A stretch of DNA of 64,000 nt from a virus: positions 8,144 through 72,143 of IMG/VR virus record IMGVR_UViG_3300025141_000063; one strand, written 5' to 3'. Shown here piece after piece: positions 57,801 to 64,000 of the stretch. Position numbers and translations under genes: made by a program. Within the stretch, counting starts at the first letter, position 1; each line of letters begins with the position of its first letter. The notes beneath the pieces were generated by a model. That model ran no database searches and had not been told where the DNA came from. It worked only from the letters and a program-made list of their open reading frames with translations.

Positions 57801-58221
57801 GCGAGGAGTAGAACACCCGGACGAACGCGGCGGGTCGAACACCCTGTTCTCGCGTGACGAACCAGTTGCCCATGAGATCGTCTGCGTCGGGCTCGGTCAG
57901 CAGGTCCGGGCGAGCCAGGGACTGCTTCTGCTTGACCCGCAGAATCTGGTCGTTCAGTGCCCCCATCGCCAGCGCGAGCGGCTTGGCCACGATGTCCATC
58001 AGGGGCTCGTCGTCGTCGAGCCCGAGGGAGGGGTACTCCTTGCGGACGCGGTCCTTGATGAACTCCAGGGGCGCCGTCGTCAGGGGGTCCGGGCCCAGCG
58101 CATCCAGGATCGGGGTGATCACCTGACGATAGAACGGCGAGCTCTTCGTCGTGTCCAACGTGGGGTCGAACACAGCCGCTTGCTGCTGCAGCAGGGCCGC
58201 AATGTCCTCGCGCTGTACCAT
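51793..58221 (-). CDS. Baseplate J-like (wedge) protein with a very large internal insertion
   Basis: DDLMGNWFVTR, VRAEFPGEDY.V..G.I, GRNREDNEEFLLRARQSL are baseplate-J hallmarks; C-terminal RHFLPSYV. Confidence 0.75.
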   Translation of the reverse strand: MVQREDIAALLQQQAAVFDPTLDTTKSSPFYRQVITPILDALGPDPLTTAPLEFIKDRVRKEYPSLGLDDDEPLMDIVAKPLALAMGALNDQILRVKQKQSLARPDLLTEPDADDLMGNWFVTREQGVRPAAFVRVFYSSPTPVSVNPSHRFFTSGGLNFFPPNSQSISSAQMATQMSGEEYFVEFLVRAEFPGEDYAVAVGAIANVDGLPNHTRVSNLAKASVGRNREDNEEFLLRARQSLVERSMTSPRGIAASIRELGTITRVEVAKYNDTEMQRDILTGAGEGRVHLSGMGVVFGTSLLIWSGYEDRGEAEEVFVEAGYEVTLHYGKILYGLPASQRHEDFLVDSVIYDSRGSFPELPNILLIRLDHDPTPTSTVSGVIPGFLPGVSAAIKRPGKIRISNIPGGIQAPVGPTGEVEIFDGEVHIGGHHDVWLRPAAPSEATVTMTVADEDPLVVGLTLQTFGTTTPNVVSSSDITLDWVELGVQPGMYLSIDEGADVGVYRILAVRPTQLVLDAALTALDVGIRFQVVDGLKLDLVQPRAPRIPFGADAPGNDLETIIGSTVVVLGVNSLSFGVGVGDTLRILEGDDEGDYLIQGFDSSGGGTTPIVDRVMSNSSSGLTYQIFRAGAGVQLPLVRIPASGVVLLDSSDQPTDISVPYALPVEARARQAFTGAGTKACGDLGFTVPGLGLAFENAGEACPSTLEQAIVLLQGMSGEEGALADLDPYPEVSAALFESELGALVVTDGAGAPLPGGVYDDVVAGMGDGWAGSNDQSLTDAVAFAFGSPPSAHPAYSPGVRHVASYARGFTVGHTSSIHVRMFYLAGTTCEMQGILTGYGKGRNDIVTALATSGPYEVFSSLPSTPATLTPVRGSCLPADFDPAWEWGYLLGYYWTLWSGAGLSYAGVFPMFEEEDTGPGSEATSDERLLLRLLSAPNKYSDECLECDGYIFCVTLDSTGIFLNYDLPEAGRTYVNAITDWLTKTISAFFPSFVAGTPSLLEVDGGLQVAWNRGSLDEGEEDADGTAAMQFEICIPRELVGCCSNLFVAFPDVDLDLILRKLSDWVQAMDSDPGSDASIAILREVINLLPNSEPPLCTSIDGDTLLLTEGPNAGGYVVDSTYELSLDVTPLASGIGLLFAAGEVAGGGDFFWFMSGLSIASALMATGSNAEANQLLDDLYSELGPSGGGDPAVALQLLQEYQVGLDVFRPVLKMCAVGIRGQFPVDPWKPYCEMFASGFPVVPPLPGIPPFEAEICDNYGDAADPFDLLVDLITWVFESLRLLGFDLPQNFDVTFSEILAGLLDGMKVPYCVGSRTCTGQIRLYFHEPTTMEVDAGRQCVAFYDPTNVDPAQFPYDSTGCTAFWDGHALEDDFVAGLLAGYADGLLDPVTITGSDALGYGSTDLAAGFPGTYEDDVLAVAGPSYRPVGYNLSTYNGAYGIGYFIGWGLDMGSSTAGVATTDTVDGYTAGLADGIVASGAATIELLAAGAWVNALDAGYAPPAGPASAVADYRAGYAIGRVTGTLSCLLASDIGSFGSGAIPVVLDARVPTLLSSTVGAMEVLFGGDDEAAPYQVLPPQETVAATSPVDYPRDVSVGAPLSVDGKVFTPLQLTDPTRDAPISLGIQSYYDEVEIHEETLLLRSSVVGVRDTVRAAVVATRNGSNIVTVLTEGVDFRGQGAAALAGLGPVRVGDLLFVDEGADEGGYTVTRVVSGTQVQLDRPMTDTSLPADKSGATASYDVSVTPDRVTVGAGTFNSADVGKWLSLFSSHYPENTGSYKILATDGTYVDLDNAALTGAEVTVDWAVTAAPALTPAALSGGTELVVGRRIRVYEKTAASFNVVGVSDDLDPATASFYAWAASQPMAAVFRGTDQPFRVVRPGIQRISSTQMEANREGSLYYFDVYARALGTDEVHNVPAEQRFEAVFGTYRSDGYHYEVVDTNFTFSPEEQVALRLSPSFLPVGRDDTLGDQVPLNGQTLQISYDNAPAVADVHRMLIDPGSRTVNANPIARHFLPSYVSVEVQYYGGESETLVGARIQEKIQDLEAVDSMAVAGVVETALREAKATDWVHDIYLVTVTHDIDRRLVGNRSRDRLGGDEPQYFNGSNRLSYFIPGENTGSVDDVDLVPGDMVRAVRFTLPIALR

Positions 58222-58859
58222 CAGACTGTCGCCAAGTTCAGGAGGGCCTCGCCGGCCGCGGACCGGAGGAGCACTCTACTCCGCAGGGTACTCGTATCCC
58301 TATCGAAATCCACGGACATGACCTCCACTCCAACCAGTCTTTCTGCAGCAGGGATGTACCGATCTGACTGCGCCTGGAGCTTCTGGATCTGCTCCGATGT
58401 GCGCGTGACAACCAGGTTGTGCTGGGCCACCAAGTCAGAAATCGACGTGGCGGACACCGCCACACCCACCAGGGCATACAGCCCTCCCCCATCCTCGGGG
58501 GAGAAGATGTCGGTGCCTGGCGTCTGCAACATCTTCCTCGTGAACCGCTGCACCAGCCGAGAGATCCCCTCGATGTAGCCCCCTCGAAGTGACATGCGTA
58601 CGAGGCTCCGCTCCGTGAGGGTGACGCTGGAGCTGAGCACCATCACATCTCGGAGCTGGTCGCGAGGGAAGGGGAGCGTGACGAGGAGGGAGGTCTTGCT
58701 CTCCACCGCGAAACTCGGGGCGTCGATGTCATTGAGGAGCACCTGCTCCACGAAGCGGAAGTCCTCCCCATGGATCCGGTAGAAGTCCGTGCCATCCAGC
58801 TGAAGGATGTGGGAGACCGGGAGGGAGTCACTGATCTGGGTGATCTGCAGAGACCTCAT
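58221..58859 (-). CDS. gp25-like baseplate / sheath initiator protein
   Basis: GISRLVQRF...LQTPGTDIF.P..GGGL; directly upstream of baseplate J. Confidence 0.55.
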   Translation of the reverse strand: MRSLQITQISDSLPVSHILQLDGTDFYRIHGEDFRFVEQVLLNDIDAPSFAVESKTSLLVTLPFPRDQLRDVMVLSSSVTLTERSLVRMSLRGGYIEGISRLVQRFTRKMLQTPGTDIFSPEDGGGLYALVGVAVSATSISDLVAQHNLVVTRTSEQIQKLQAQSDRYIPAAERLVGVEVMSVDFDRDTSTLRSRVLLRSAAGEALLNLATV

Positions 58860-59167
58860 TCGTCGTCTCCCTCGTACTCTCGGGCCTGCTTGAACACGCC
58901 GGACGCGCCGTCTTCTCCGAACAGGGTCTTCTCCATGGCCTCGAGACGCTGCAGCCTTCCCGGCCGATGCGCCCTGATCGTGCTGGACTCATCCAGCTCC
59001 GCCCCACTCCCTGTCTGCGAGCTGTCAAGGAAGAAGATCTGCTCCACCAGCAGATCTTCCAGCGTGTACCCGTTGAGCGCCTTGGACGTCTCCATGGAGC
59101 GTACCAGAGCGTACGCCTTCCCCAGACCCACGCGGATGTTGGTACTGGCGGATTCAGCGGCGCTCAT
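58856..59167 (-). CDS. Hypothetical protein
   Basis: 103-aa ORF coupled within the operon. Confidence 0.55.
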   Translation of the reverse strand: MSAAESASTNIRVGLGKAYALVRSMETSKALNGYTLEDLLVEQIFFLDSSQTGSGAELDESSTIRAHRPGRLQRLEAMEKTLFGEDGASGVFKQAREYEGDDE

Positions 59168-61916
59168 AGGGATCTTCCATCCGGGTCTGGCCGCTCACGC
59201 TCTGTGTGACGGTGAAGTGCTCTGCCGCCCCCGAGATCTTTGATGCTGCCAGCGCTGCCGAGGACGCTCCTCCGTACCGAACCGCTGCCGCATCGTGGTA
59301 TCTGCCGCGGAGCAAGAAGTCTCGGAGGCGATCATACCCTCGCTCCGCCAGCGCCGACAGCGTGGCGTCCGCCAGGGCAATCGTCTCGTCTGAGATCCCG
59401 GGGGCCCACCCCGCCAGCACCGACTGCAGTGTGTCCGCTGCGTCCGCCCCACTGCGGGCCCCCACGCGCTGCAGAGCAGCCAACGCCTCCGCGGAAGGCA
59501 CCCCGAGCTGCTGCGAGACGGCGTACAAGGAGGCCAGCGCCGTCACCAGCTGTGCGGTGCTCGGTGCTCCCTGCGACGCCTCCTCCAACGCCTGAAGGGC
59601 CTGAAGGGCTTGGCTCACCCACTGCCACTGTGGGCGCTGGAGGAGACTTCGGAGCTCCAAAGTGGTGGCCTCGAAGCTCGTCGCCAGGGCACTGACCAGC
59701 ACGGGACGGGGCTGCCCGGGGTCTAGCGGGGCAGGAGATACCGAGAAGCTCTTCCTGTCCTCCGCCACCTCCGTGATGGGGTAGCTGGTGCCGCCGATCT
59801 CCACAGCGGCGCCCGCGCCCACGTGCAGGCACTCCAGGTCCCTGATGATCTTCGCCTTCTCTCCCTTGATGCGCCCGAAGACCTCTCCGAAAACGGCCTG
59901 GCCCCAGTAGTCCCCCGCCGTCAGGCCGAGCTGCCCGTTCGCCGAACCTGCCCCGATGGTGAGCTGGCTGCTCACCTCGGTGTCGGCGACCGTCAAGGAG
60001 AGCAGCGACCTCGACAAGGAGGCAGAGGTGTCGAGGTACAGGGGAGCGGGGCGGTTGTGCAGAGGCGCCGCCACGATCTGCTCGCCGACGAGAGACTGCA
60101 CCACGTAGGAGCCGATCCCGTTGACGACGAGAATGTCTCCCGCCTGCGCGCCCACCAACCCCTCCACAGGCCAGTACTGCGTCGGCGATGTGAAGCGGCC
60201 GGGCCCCTCCCAGAGAACCTCGGTGGAGACCGAGGCCGCCACCGCTGGAGTGGGCGGCCCCTCCTCTGCCTCTGCGACTACGGCGGCCACAGTCTCCAGG
60301 CTGAAGTAGTCCGTGGACTCCTGGAGAGGGGAGAACCCCAGGGCGGCCCTGTCACTCGCGGTGTAGTCGGTCCAGCCGTCTGAGGAGGCTGGAGCAAAGG
60401 CCAGAGGGGCCGGGACCGAGCTGGAGAGAGGGTCGTTGACCACCATCGTCGTCGGTGCCCCGGAGAGCCCGTCGGTCCTGATGACGAGCGCTCCGTTCAC
60501 CACGGAGGCGCTTAGGGTGAACGGGGGCGGGCCGATGACTGGGAGCCCGTTTAGGGCTGTACCGGCAAGCTCATTCACGACCTCCTGCATCGTCTGGTAC
60601 GGGTTGCCCACCCCGTGAGGAGAGGGCCCGAAGGTGTGAACGAGCGGCCATGACACGAGGGCCCCTCCTACGGGGTCCAGCACGGTGACGTCCACCTGCA
60701 GAGTCAGCCCCTCCAGGGCCATGGGGAAGGTGCCGGTGCCGATGACGAAGGGCTCTCGGATGACCTGACCCACGTCGGCGAGCTTCAACTGCCCGGGGTG
60801 GGTCAGCGTGATGCCCCCCAAGAAGCGGATCGCCTGCCCGCCGTGCAGCTGCATCCCCGCGTCCAGCTCCGCCAGCAGGCCGGCCTGCGAGATGGTGCCT
60901 GGAGTGATGAACAGATCCTCCAGGTTCCCGTTGACCTCGACCAGGAGGACCCCCTCGACCACCTCGTAGACCTCGCCCGGAATCGGCGCGGCCAGGTGAT
61001 GCTGCGCCCCGATGAGGGTGAGGCTGCGCGGGGAGGAACCACTGGCGGTGTACTCCAGCGTGGCTCCTGGCGAGATGGCGCTGGGCTGCCGGGTGCCTTG
61101 GACAGTCGCGGGGACCACGGGGTCAGTGGGGCGCACCACCAGGTCGGATCCCTCTGGAGTGGTGGCGTCCACGATCGGGTCCAAGGGGTGCCGGGCCGAG
61201 TTCAGGGCGCGCATCGTGGCCGGGACGGTCAGCAGCCCCAGCAGCTCGTCCTGCCGGGAGGACAGGCCCTCCCCCAGGTCAGCACGACGACGGTGGCTCT
61301 CAAGGGCGGCCTTCCCCCGAGAGACGATGGAGGGGCCCACGGCGCGGCGCAGCGCGGTGGGGTTGAACCAGTAGGGGGACTGGAGGAACTCCTCCACCCC
61401 CTTGAGGATCTTGGGGAGCAGCACCCGCGCTGTCGCCAGAGGCTCCACCAGGTCCTCTCTCGCCTCGGACCTGGTGCGAGAGGTGGCGGTCGCGCTGTCC
61501 CGCCCGGACACGATGCCCGACTGCTTCAGGTAGCTCTTCAGGTCCTTGGTGGCGGCCGTCACCGCCTCCGAGCCCAGAGGGTCATCCACCCCTATCGACA
61601 TGCGGCGAACCGCGGAGGCCAGGCGGGTGGTGTCGGGGTCTGCGGGGTCTGGAAGCCGGAGGTCAGCCCCCGCTACAACGAGGGTCTCCAGTGCTTCCTG
61701 GAGGGAGGCCAGGTCCTGGAGGAGACGGTTGCGCTGGAGCTCGCGGTGACGGAAGAAGCTGTCCGGATGCAGCAGCAAGGAGGTCAGGGATGCCTCCTGC
61801 AACAGCCTGAACTGCTCCGGGGTGCTTCTCACCCCCGACGACGTCGTCGGTGTCCCCCTTGAGGGGGTGATCAGGGCTCCTGCCCCTGACGCGCTGATGG
61901 CTACCGCCTTCGGCAT
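59154..61916 (-). CDS. Large putative virion structural protein
   Basis: 920 aa in the tail operon; GSANGQLGL and ALGF motifs. Confidence 0.65.
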   Translation of the reverse strand: MPKAVAISASGAGALITPSRGTPTTSSGVRSTPEQFRLLQEASLTSLLLHPDSFFRHRELQRNRLLQDLASLQEALETLVVAGADLRLPDPADPDTTRLASAVRRMSIGVDDPLGSEAVTAATKDLKSYLKQSGIVSGRDSATATSRTRSEAREDLVEPLATARVLLPKILKGVEEFLQSPYWFNPTALRRAVGPSIVSRGKAALESHRRRADLGEGLSSRQDELLGLLTVPATMRALNSARHPLDPIVDATTPEGSDLVVRPTDPVVPATVQGTRQPSAISPGATLEYTASGSSPRSLTLIGAQHHLAAPIPGEVYEVVEGVLLVEVNGNLEDLFITPGTISQAGLLAELDAGMQLHGGQAIRFLGGITLTHPGQLKLADVGQVIREPFVIGTGTFPMALEGLTLQVDVTVLDPVGGALVSWPLVHTFGPSPHGVGNPYQTMQEVVNELAGTALNGLPVIGPPPFTLSASVVNGALVIRTDGLSGAPTTMVVNDPLSSSVPAPLAFAPASSDGWTDYTASDRAALGFSPLQESTDYFSLETVAAVVAEAEEGPPTPAVAASVSTEVLWEGPGRFTSPTQYWPVEGLVGAQAGDILVVNGIGSYVVQSLVGEQIVAAPLHNRPAPLYLDTSASLSRSLLSLTVADTEVSSQLTIGAGSANGQLGLTAGDYWGQAVFGEVFGRIKGEKAKIIRDLECLHVGAGAAVEIGGTSYPITEVAEDRKSFSVSPAPLDPGQPRPVLVSALATSFEATTLELRSLLQRPQWQWVSQALQALQALEEASQGAPSTAQLVTALASLYAVSQQLGVPSAEALAALQRVGARSGADAADTLQSVLAGWAPGISDETIALADATLSALAERGYDRLRDFLLRGRYHDAAAVRYGGASSAALAASKISGAAEHFTVTQSVSGQTRMEDPYERR

Positions 61917-62196
61917 GGCGTCTCCGATCGTTGTGCAGCTTCAACTGTCGAAGCTCCGCAGCAGACAGCCTACGCGCTCCTTGTCGAATCTTCTCAGGGT
62001 CTAGGTCGAGGATCTCGCACAGAGCCTCGAAGGAATTGCTGCGCCCCGACGTGTCCTCGAACAGCCACCACTGCGCGTTGAAGAAGAGACGCCTGTCCCC
62101 CACCAAGGTACGTCCCCTGTTGGAGATGTAGTCGATGACCGCCTGCAGCAGCACCGCCGTCCACAAGGTCAGGAAGGGGTCGTCCTCGTTTCTCAC
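61663..62196 (-). CDS. Hypothetical helical protein; C-terminal part overlaps the next gene
   Basis: GTGA-coupled start; LWTAVLLQAVIDY...SFEALCEILDLDPEKIR. Confidence 0.55.
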   Translation of the reverse strand: MRNEDDPFLTLWTAVLLQAVIDYISNRGRTLVGDRRLFFNAQWWLFEDTSGRSNSFEALCEILDLDPEKIRQGARRLSAAELRQLKLHNDRRRHAEGGSHQRVRGRSPDHPLKGDTDDVVGGEKHPGAVQAVAGGIPDLLAAASGQLLPSPRAPAQPSPPGPGLPPGSTGDPRCSGG

Positions 62197-63092
62197 GAAA
62201 CGACCACCGCCACGGGAGTAACCGTCAGCACTACGGCAGGAAGGCGAGGCAGGAAAGCAGCCGTCCTGGGGGTGGCGATGATCGTGGCCGCTCCCGGGGC
62301 CACGCCCGTCACCGTCAGCTGCCCATCTTCCTCCTCCACGAGCATGATGGTCTCGTCGCTGGAGCTGAAGTCGATGAAGGCCGCCGCGGTAGGGGGTTCA
62401 CTGTCCAGCAGCAGGGAGCGTCCATCCGACATCAGCACCGTAGGAACCACGGAGGTGGTGGTGGCTACCACGAGTGCCAGGGGGCCGGGCGGGACGTACG
62501 TCACCGCCTCCGGCGCCGGGAAGAGCATCCCGATCATGTTGAAGCTGGCCTGCGCGGGCACATCGATGTCCACCGAGGCGTCGATGTAGCCGGCCAGCGT
62601 CACGGAGAAGAGGGCTCCCCGCACCAAGTCCACCTCGAAGTAGCCGACGGAATCCGTGACCAGTTCGATGGGGGACTGCGCGTGGCCCACCGCCGTGGTG
62701 TACACCGCTGACGGGTTCTGCTGAGGGATCAGCCGCAGGTAGAGGTTGGGAATGGGACGGCCTGCGCCGTCGATGAAGAAGCCCCAGCACCTGCACATGA
62801 CCGGGTTCACCGCGATGGGGGCGGTGAAGGTCGTCGCGGTGAACTGCCAGCTGTTCGCCGGCGGTGGCGTCTTCACGTTGATCTGTTGCGGGGAGGTCAC
62901 CGACGCCAGGATGTGCTCTCCGCGGAAGCGGAGCTGGTACCTCGCATTGACCTCATCGAAGGCCACGTCCCCGAGGGCGTCGGTGTACTGCGTGTCCAGC
63001 AGGGTGGTGTTGGTCTGGTCGTAGATCTGGACCGCCATGTTCAGGACGCCGACGCCGAGGCTGTCGACTACTCGGACTGCGATGGCGGTCAT
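62193..63092 (-). CDS. Structural protein with carboxypeptidase-regulatory-like and Ig (Big-2) domains
   Basis: ATG 63092 after GGAGGAG; TDALG and TDSVGYF repeats; FSSSDETI..V...G..TVTGVAPG.ATI. Confidence 0.7.
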   Translation of the reverse strand: MTAIAVRVVDSLGVGVLNMAVQIYDQTNTTLLDTQYTDALGDVAFDEVNARYQLRFRGEHILASVTSPQQINVKTPPPANSWQFTATTFTAPIAVNPVMCRCWGFFIDGAGRPIPNLYLRLIPQQNPSAVYTTAVGHAQSPIELVTDSVGYFEVDLVRGALFSVTLAGYIDASVDIDVPAQASFNMIGMLFPAPEAVTYVPPGPLALVVATTTSVVPTVLMSDGRSLLLDSEPPTAAAFIDFSSSDETIMLVEEEDGQLTVTGVAPGAATIIATPRTAAFLPRLPAVVLTVTPVAVVVS

Positions 63093-63343
63093 GAGGACTC
63101 CTCCTGAGGCACCGGGAGGATCCAGTACACGAACGCCGAGGCGAGCGCGAAGGCCACCCCCTCCCGAAGGTCCCACTCCGGGAACACCAGCAGGTAGGCC
63201 ATCCACCCGGCGTGGAAGGCAGAGCAGTACGCACACGCGAGCAGTTCCTCGATCAGCGGGAACTTGCCCAACGGCCACGGGAGCTTGTACTGCATGCCGA
63301 AGGCGATGCCCATCGCGGCGAGGAGGGCCAGGACGAAGGTCAC
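63089..63343 (-). CDS. Small membrane protein (DUF1360-like CxxC)
   Basis: Three hydrophobic segments; LLACAYCSAFHAG. Confidence 0.6.
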   Translation of the reverse strand: MTFVLALLAAMGIAFGMQYKLPWPLGKFPLIEELLACAYCSAFHAGWMAYLLVFPEWDLREGVAFALASAFVYWILPVPQEESS

Positions 63344-63765
63344 GGGGTGAACCTCGGGGTGTCCACCGGAACGACGCGCGCGATCTCGAACTGGTCCGGG
63401 GCGGCAGACACCAGGTCCGCCAGGTCTACCTCGGGGGCATCCGGGATGGTCACCCGTCGAGCGAAGCCAGTGGAGGTCACGACAACCTGCAGTTGCGACC
63501 CTCGAAGCAGCCAGATCTGGGCGTACCCCTCACCGTTCGTGGTGACCGACGCGCGCTGACCCGCGAGCATCGCGTTGCCTCCCAGGAGGGACAGCCTGGG
63601 GGACTGCCACAGGTTGATGAAGGCCACGAGCTGCCCCACCTGCGGGCTGCCGTCCACGTTGAACAGCCGCATCTTCACCAAGCACCGGTCCCCCGGCGCT
63701 GCCGAGCGGAAGGTGCGGACCCCCACCAGAGGCGACGTCAGCAGGATGCCCTGGTAGGTGGCCAT
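63340..63765 (-). CDS. Hypothetical structural protein (prealbumin-like beta fold)
   Basis: DGSPQVG...TTNGEGYAQIWLLRG, similar to the middle of 62193..63092. Confidence 0.6.
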   Translation of the reverse strand: MATYQGILLTSPLVGVRTFRSAAPGDRCLVKMRLFNVDGSPQVGQLVAFINLWQSPRLSLLGGNAMLAGQRASVTTNGEGYAQIWLLRGSQLQVVVTSTGFARRVTIPDAPEVDLADLVSAAPDQFEIARVVPVDTPRFTP

Positions 63766-63768
63766 CGA

Positions 63769-64000
63769 TCAGGTCTCCAGCACGCAGAAGAAGCCGGCCC
63801 CATCCGGGAACGCTCGGTAGGTGTCGGTGTTGATGATGACATCGTCCAGCGCGATGAGCGGGCCGGTGAAGGGGCGCACGACCCTCGGGGTCTCCCCCTT
63901 GACGTGCTGCCTCCCCGCGGTGTCGTCGTAGAAGACGTTGGGCGACAGGTGGATGTGGCCGTAGTCCTCGGTGGCCAGGGCGGCCAGGCCGATGCCGTCC
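63769..64000 (-). CDS. C-terminal part of a hypothetical protein (starts beyond the window)
   Basis: Hand translation ...EDYGHIHLSPNVFYDD...YRAFPDGAGFFCVLET, stop at 63769. Confidence 0.6.
   Translation of the reverse strand, partial: DGIGLAALATEDYGHIHLSPNVFYDDTAGRQHVKGETPRVVRPFTGPLIALDDVIINTDTYRAFPDGAGFFCVLET

Noticed and set aside
61663-61916. About 250-nt same-strand overlap as a dual-coding region
   Set aside because: The overlapping tail is low-complexity Gly/Pro/Arg read-through, most likely a stop-poor frame in GC-rich DNA.
38347-64000. Extracellular contractile injection system or tailocin
   Set aside because: A portal and a full replication module in the same window indicate a complete phage.
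1-64000. tRNA/rRNA genes, integrase, transposase, terminase, major capsid protein, prohead protease
   Set aside because: None recognisable by eye, and intergenic space is minimal. Head genes presumably lie outside the window; a tRNAscan/HMM run would be needed to exclude them formally.

Overview
High-GC segment of a large tailed, myovirus-like phage genome; no host housekeeping context is visible. 1-19.9 kb (mostly minus strand) is a head/virion block. It holds a partial ORF dense in K-x-A motifs, a gp5/gpV-like spike, a ~1695-aa multi-domain polyprotein, a 2097-aa single-chain beta-beta' RNA polymerase, a portal and a second K-x-A-rich protein. 20-38 kb (plus strand) is a tightly coupled replication/recombination operon: SF2 helicase, UDG, DnaB, DnaG, probable SSB, PolA, HU, RecA, HAD phosphatase, DEDDh exonuclease, PD-(D/E)XK nucleases and RusA. 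38-64 kb (minus strand) carries very large tail and baseplate genes. The most striking signal is a recurring K-x-A motif. It marks the module boundaries of the polyprotein (zincin-like, glycine-zipper, permuted NlpC/P60, GNAT, SET), saturates two putative head proteins and brackets a short loop inside the RNAP. My inference is a protease-matured, virion-delivered effector and RNAP system. Both divergent intergenic regions pair a sigma70-like leftward promoter with a rightward CGGCATAAG motif. All family calls rest on motifs recognised by eye; no database searches were run.
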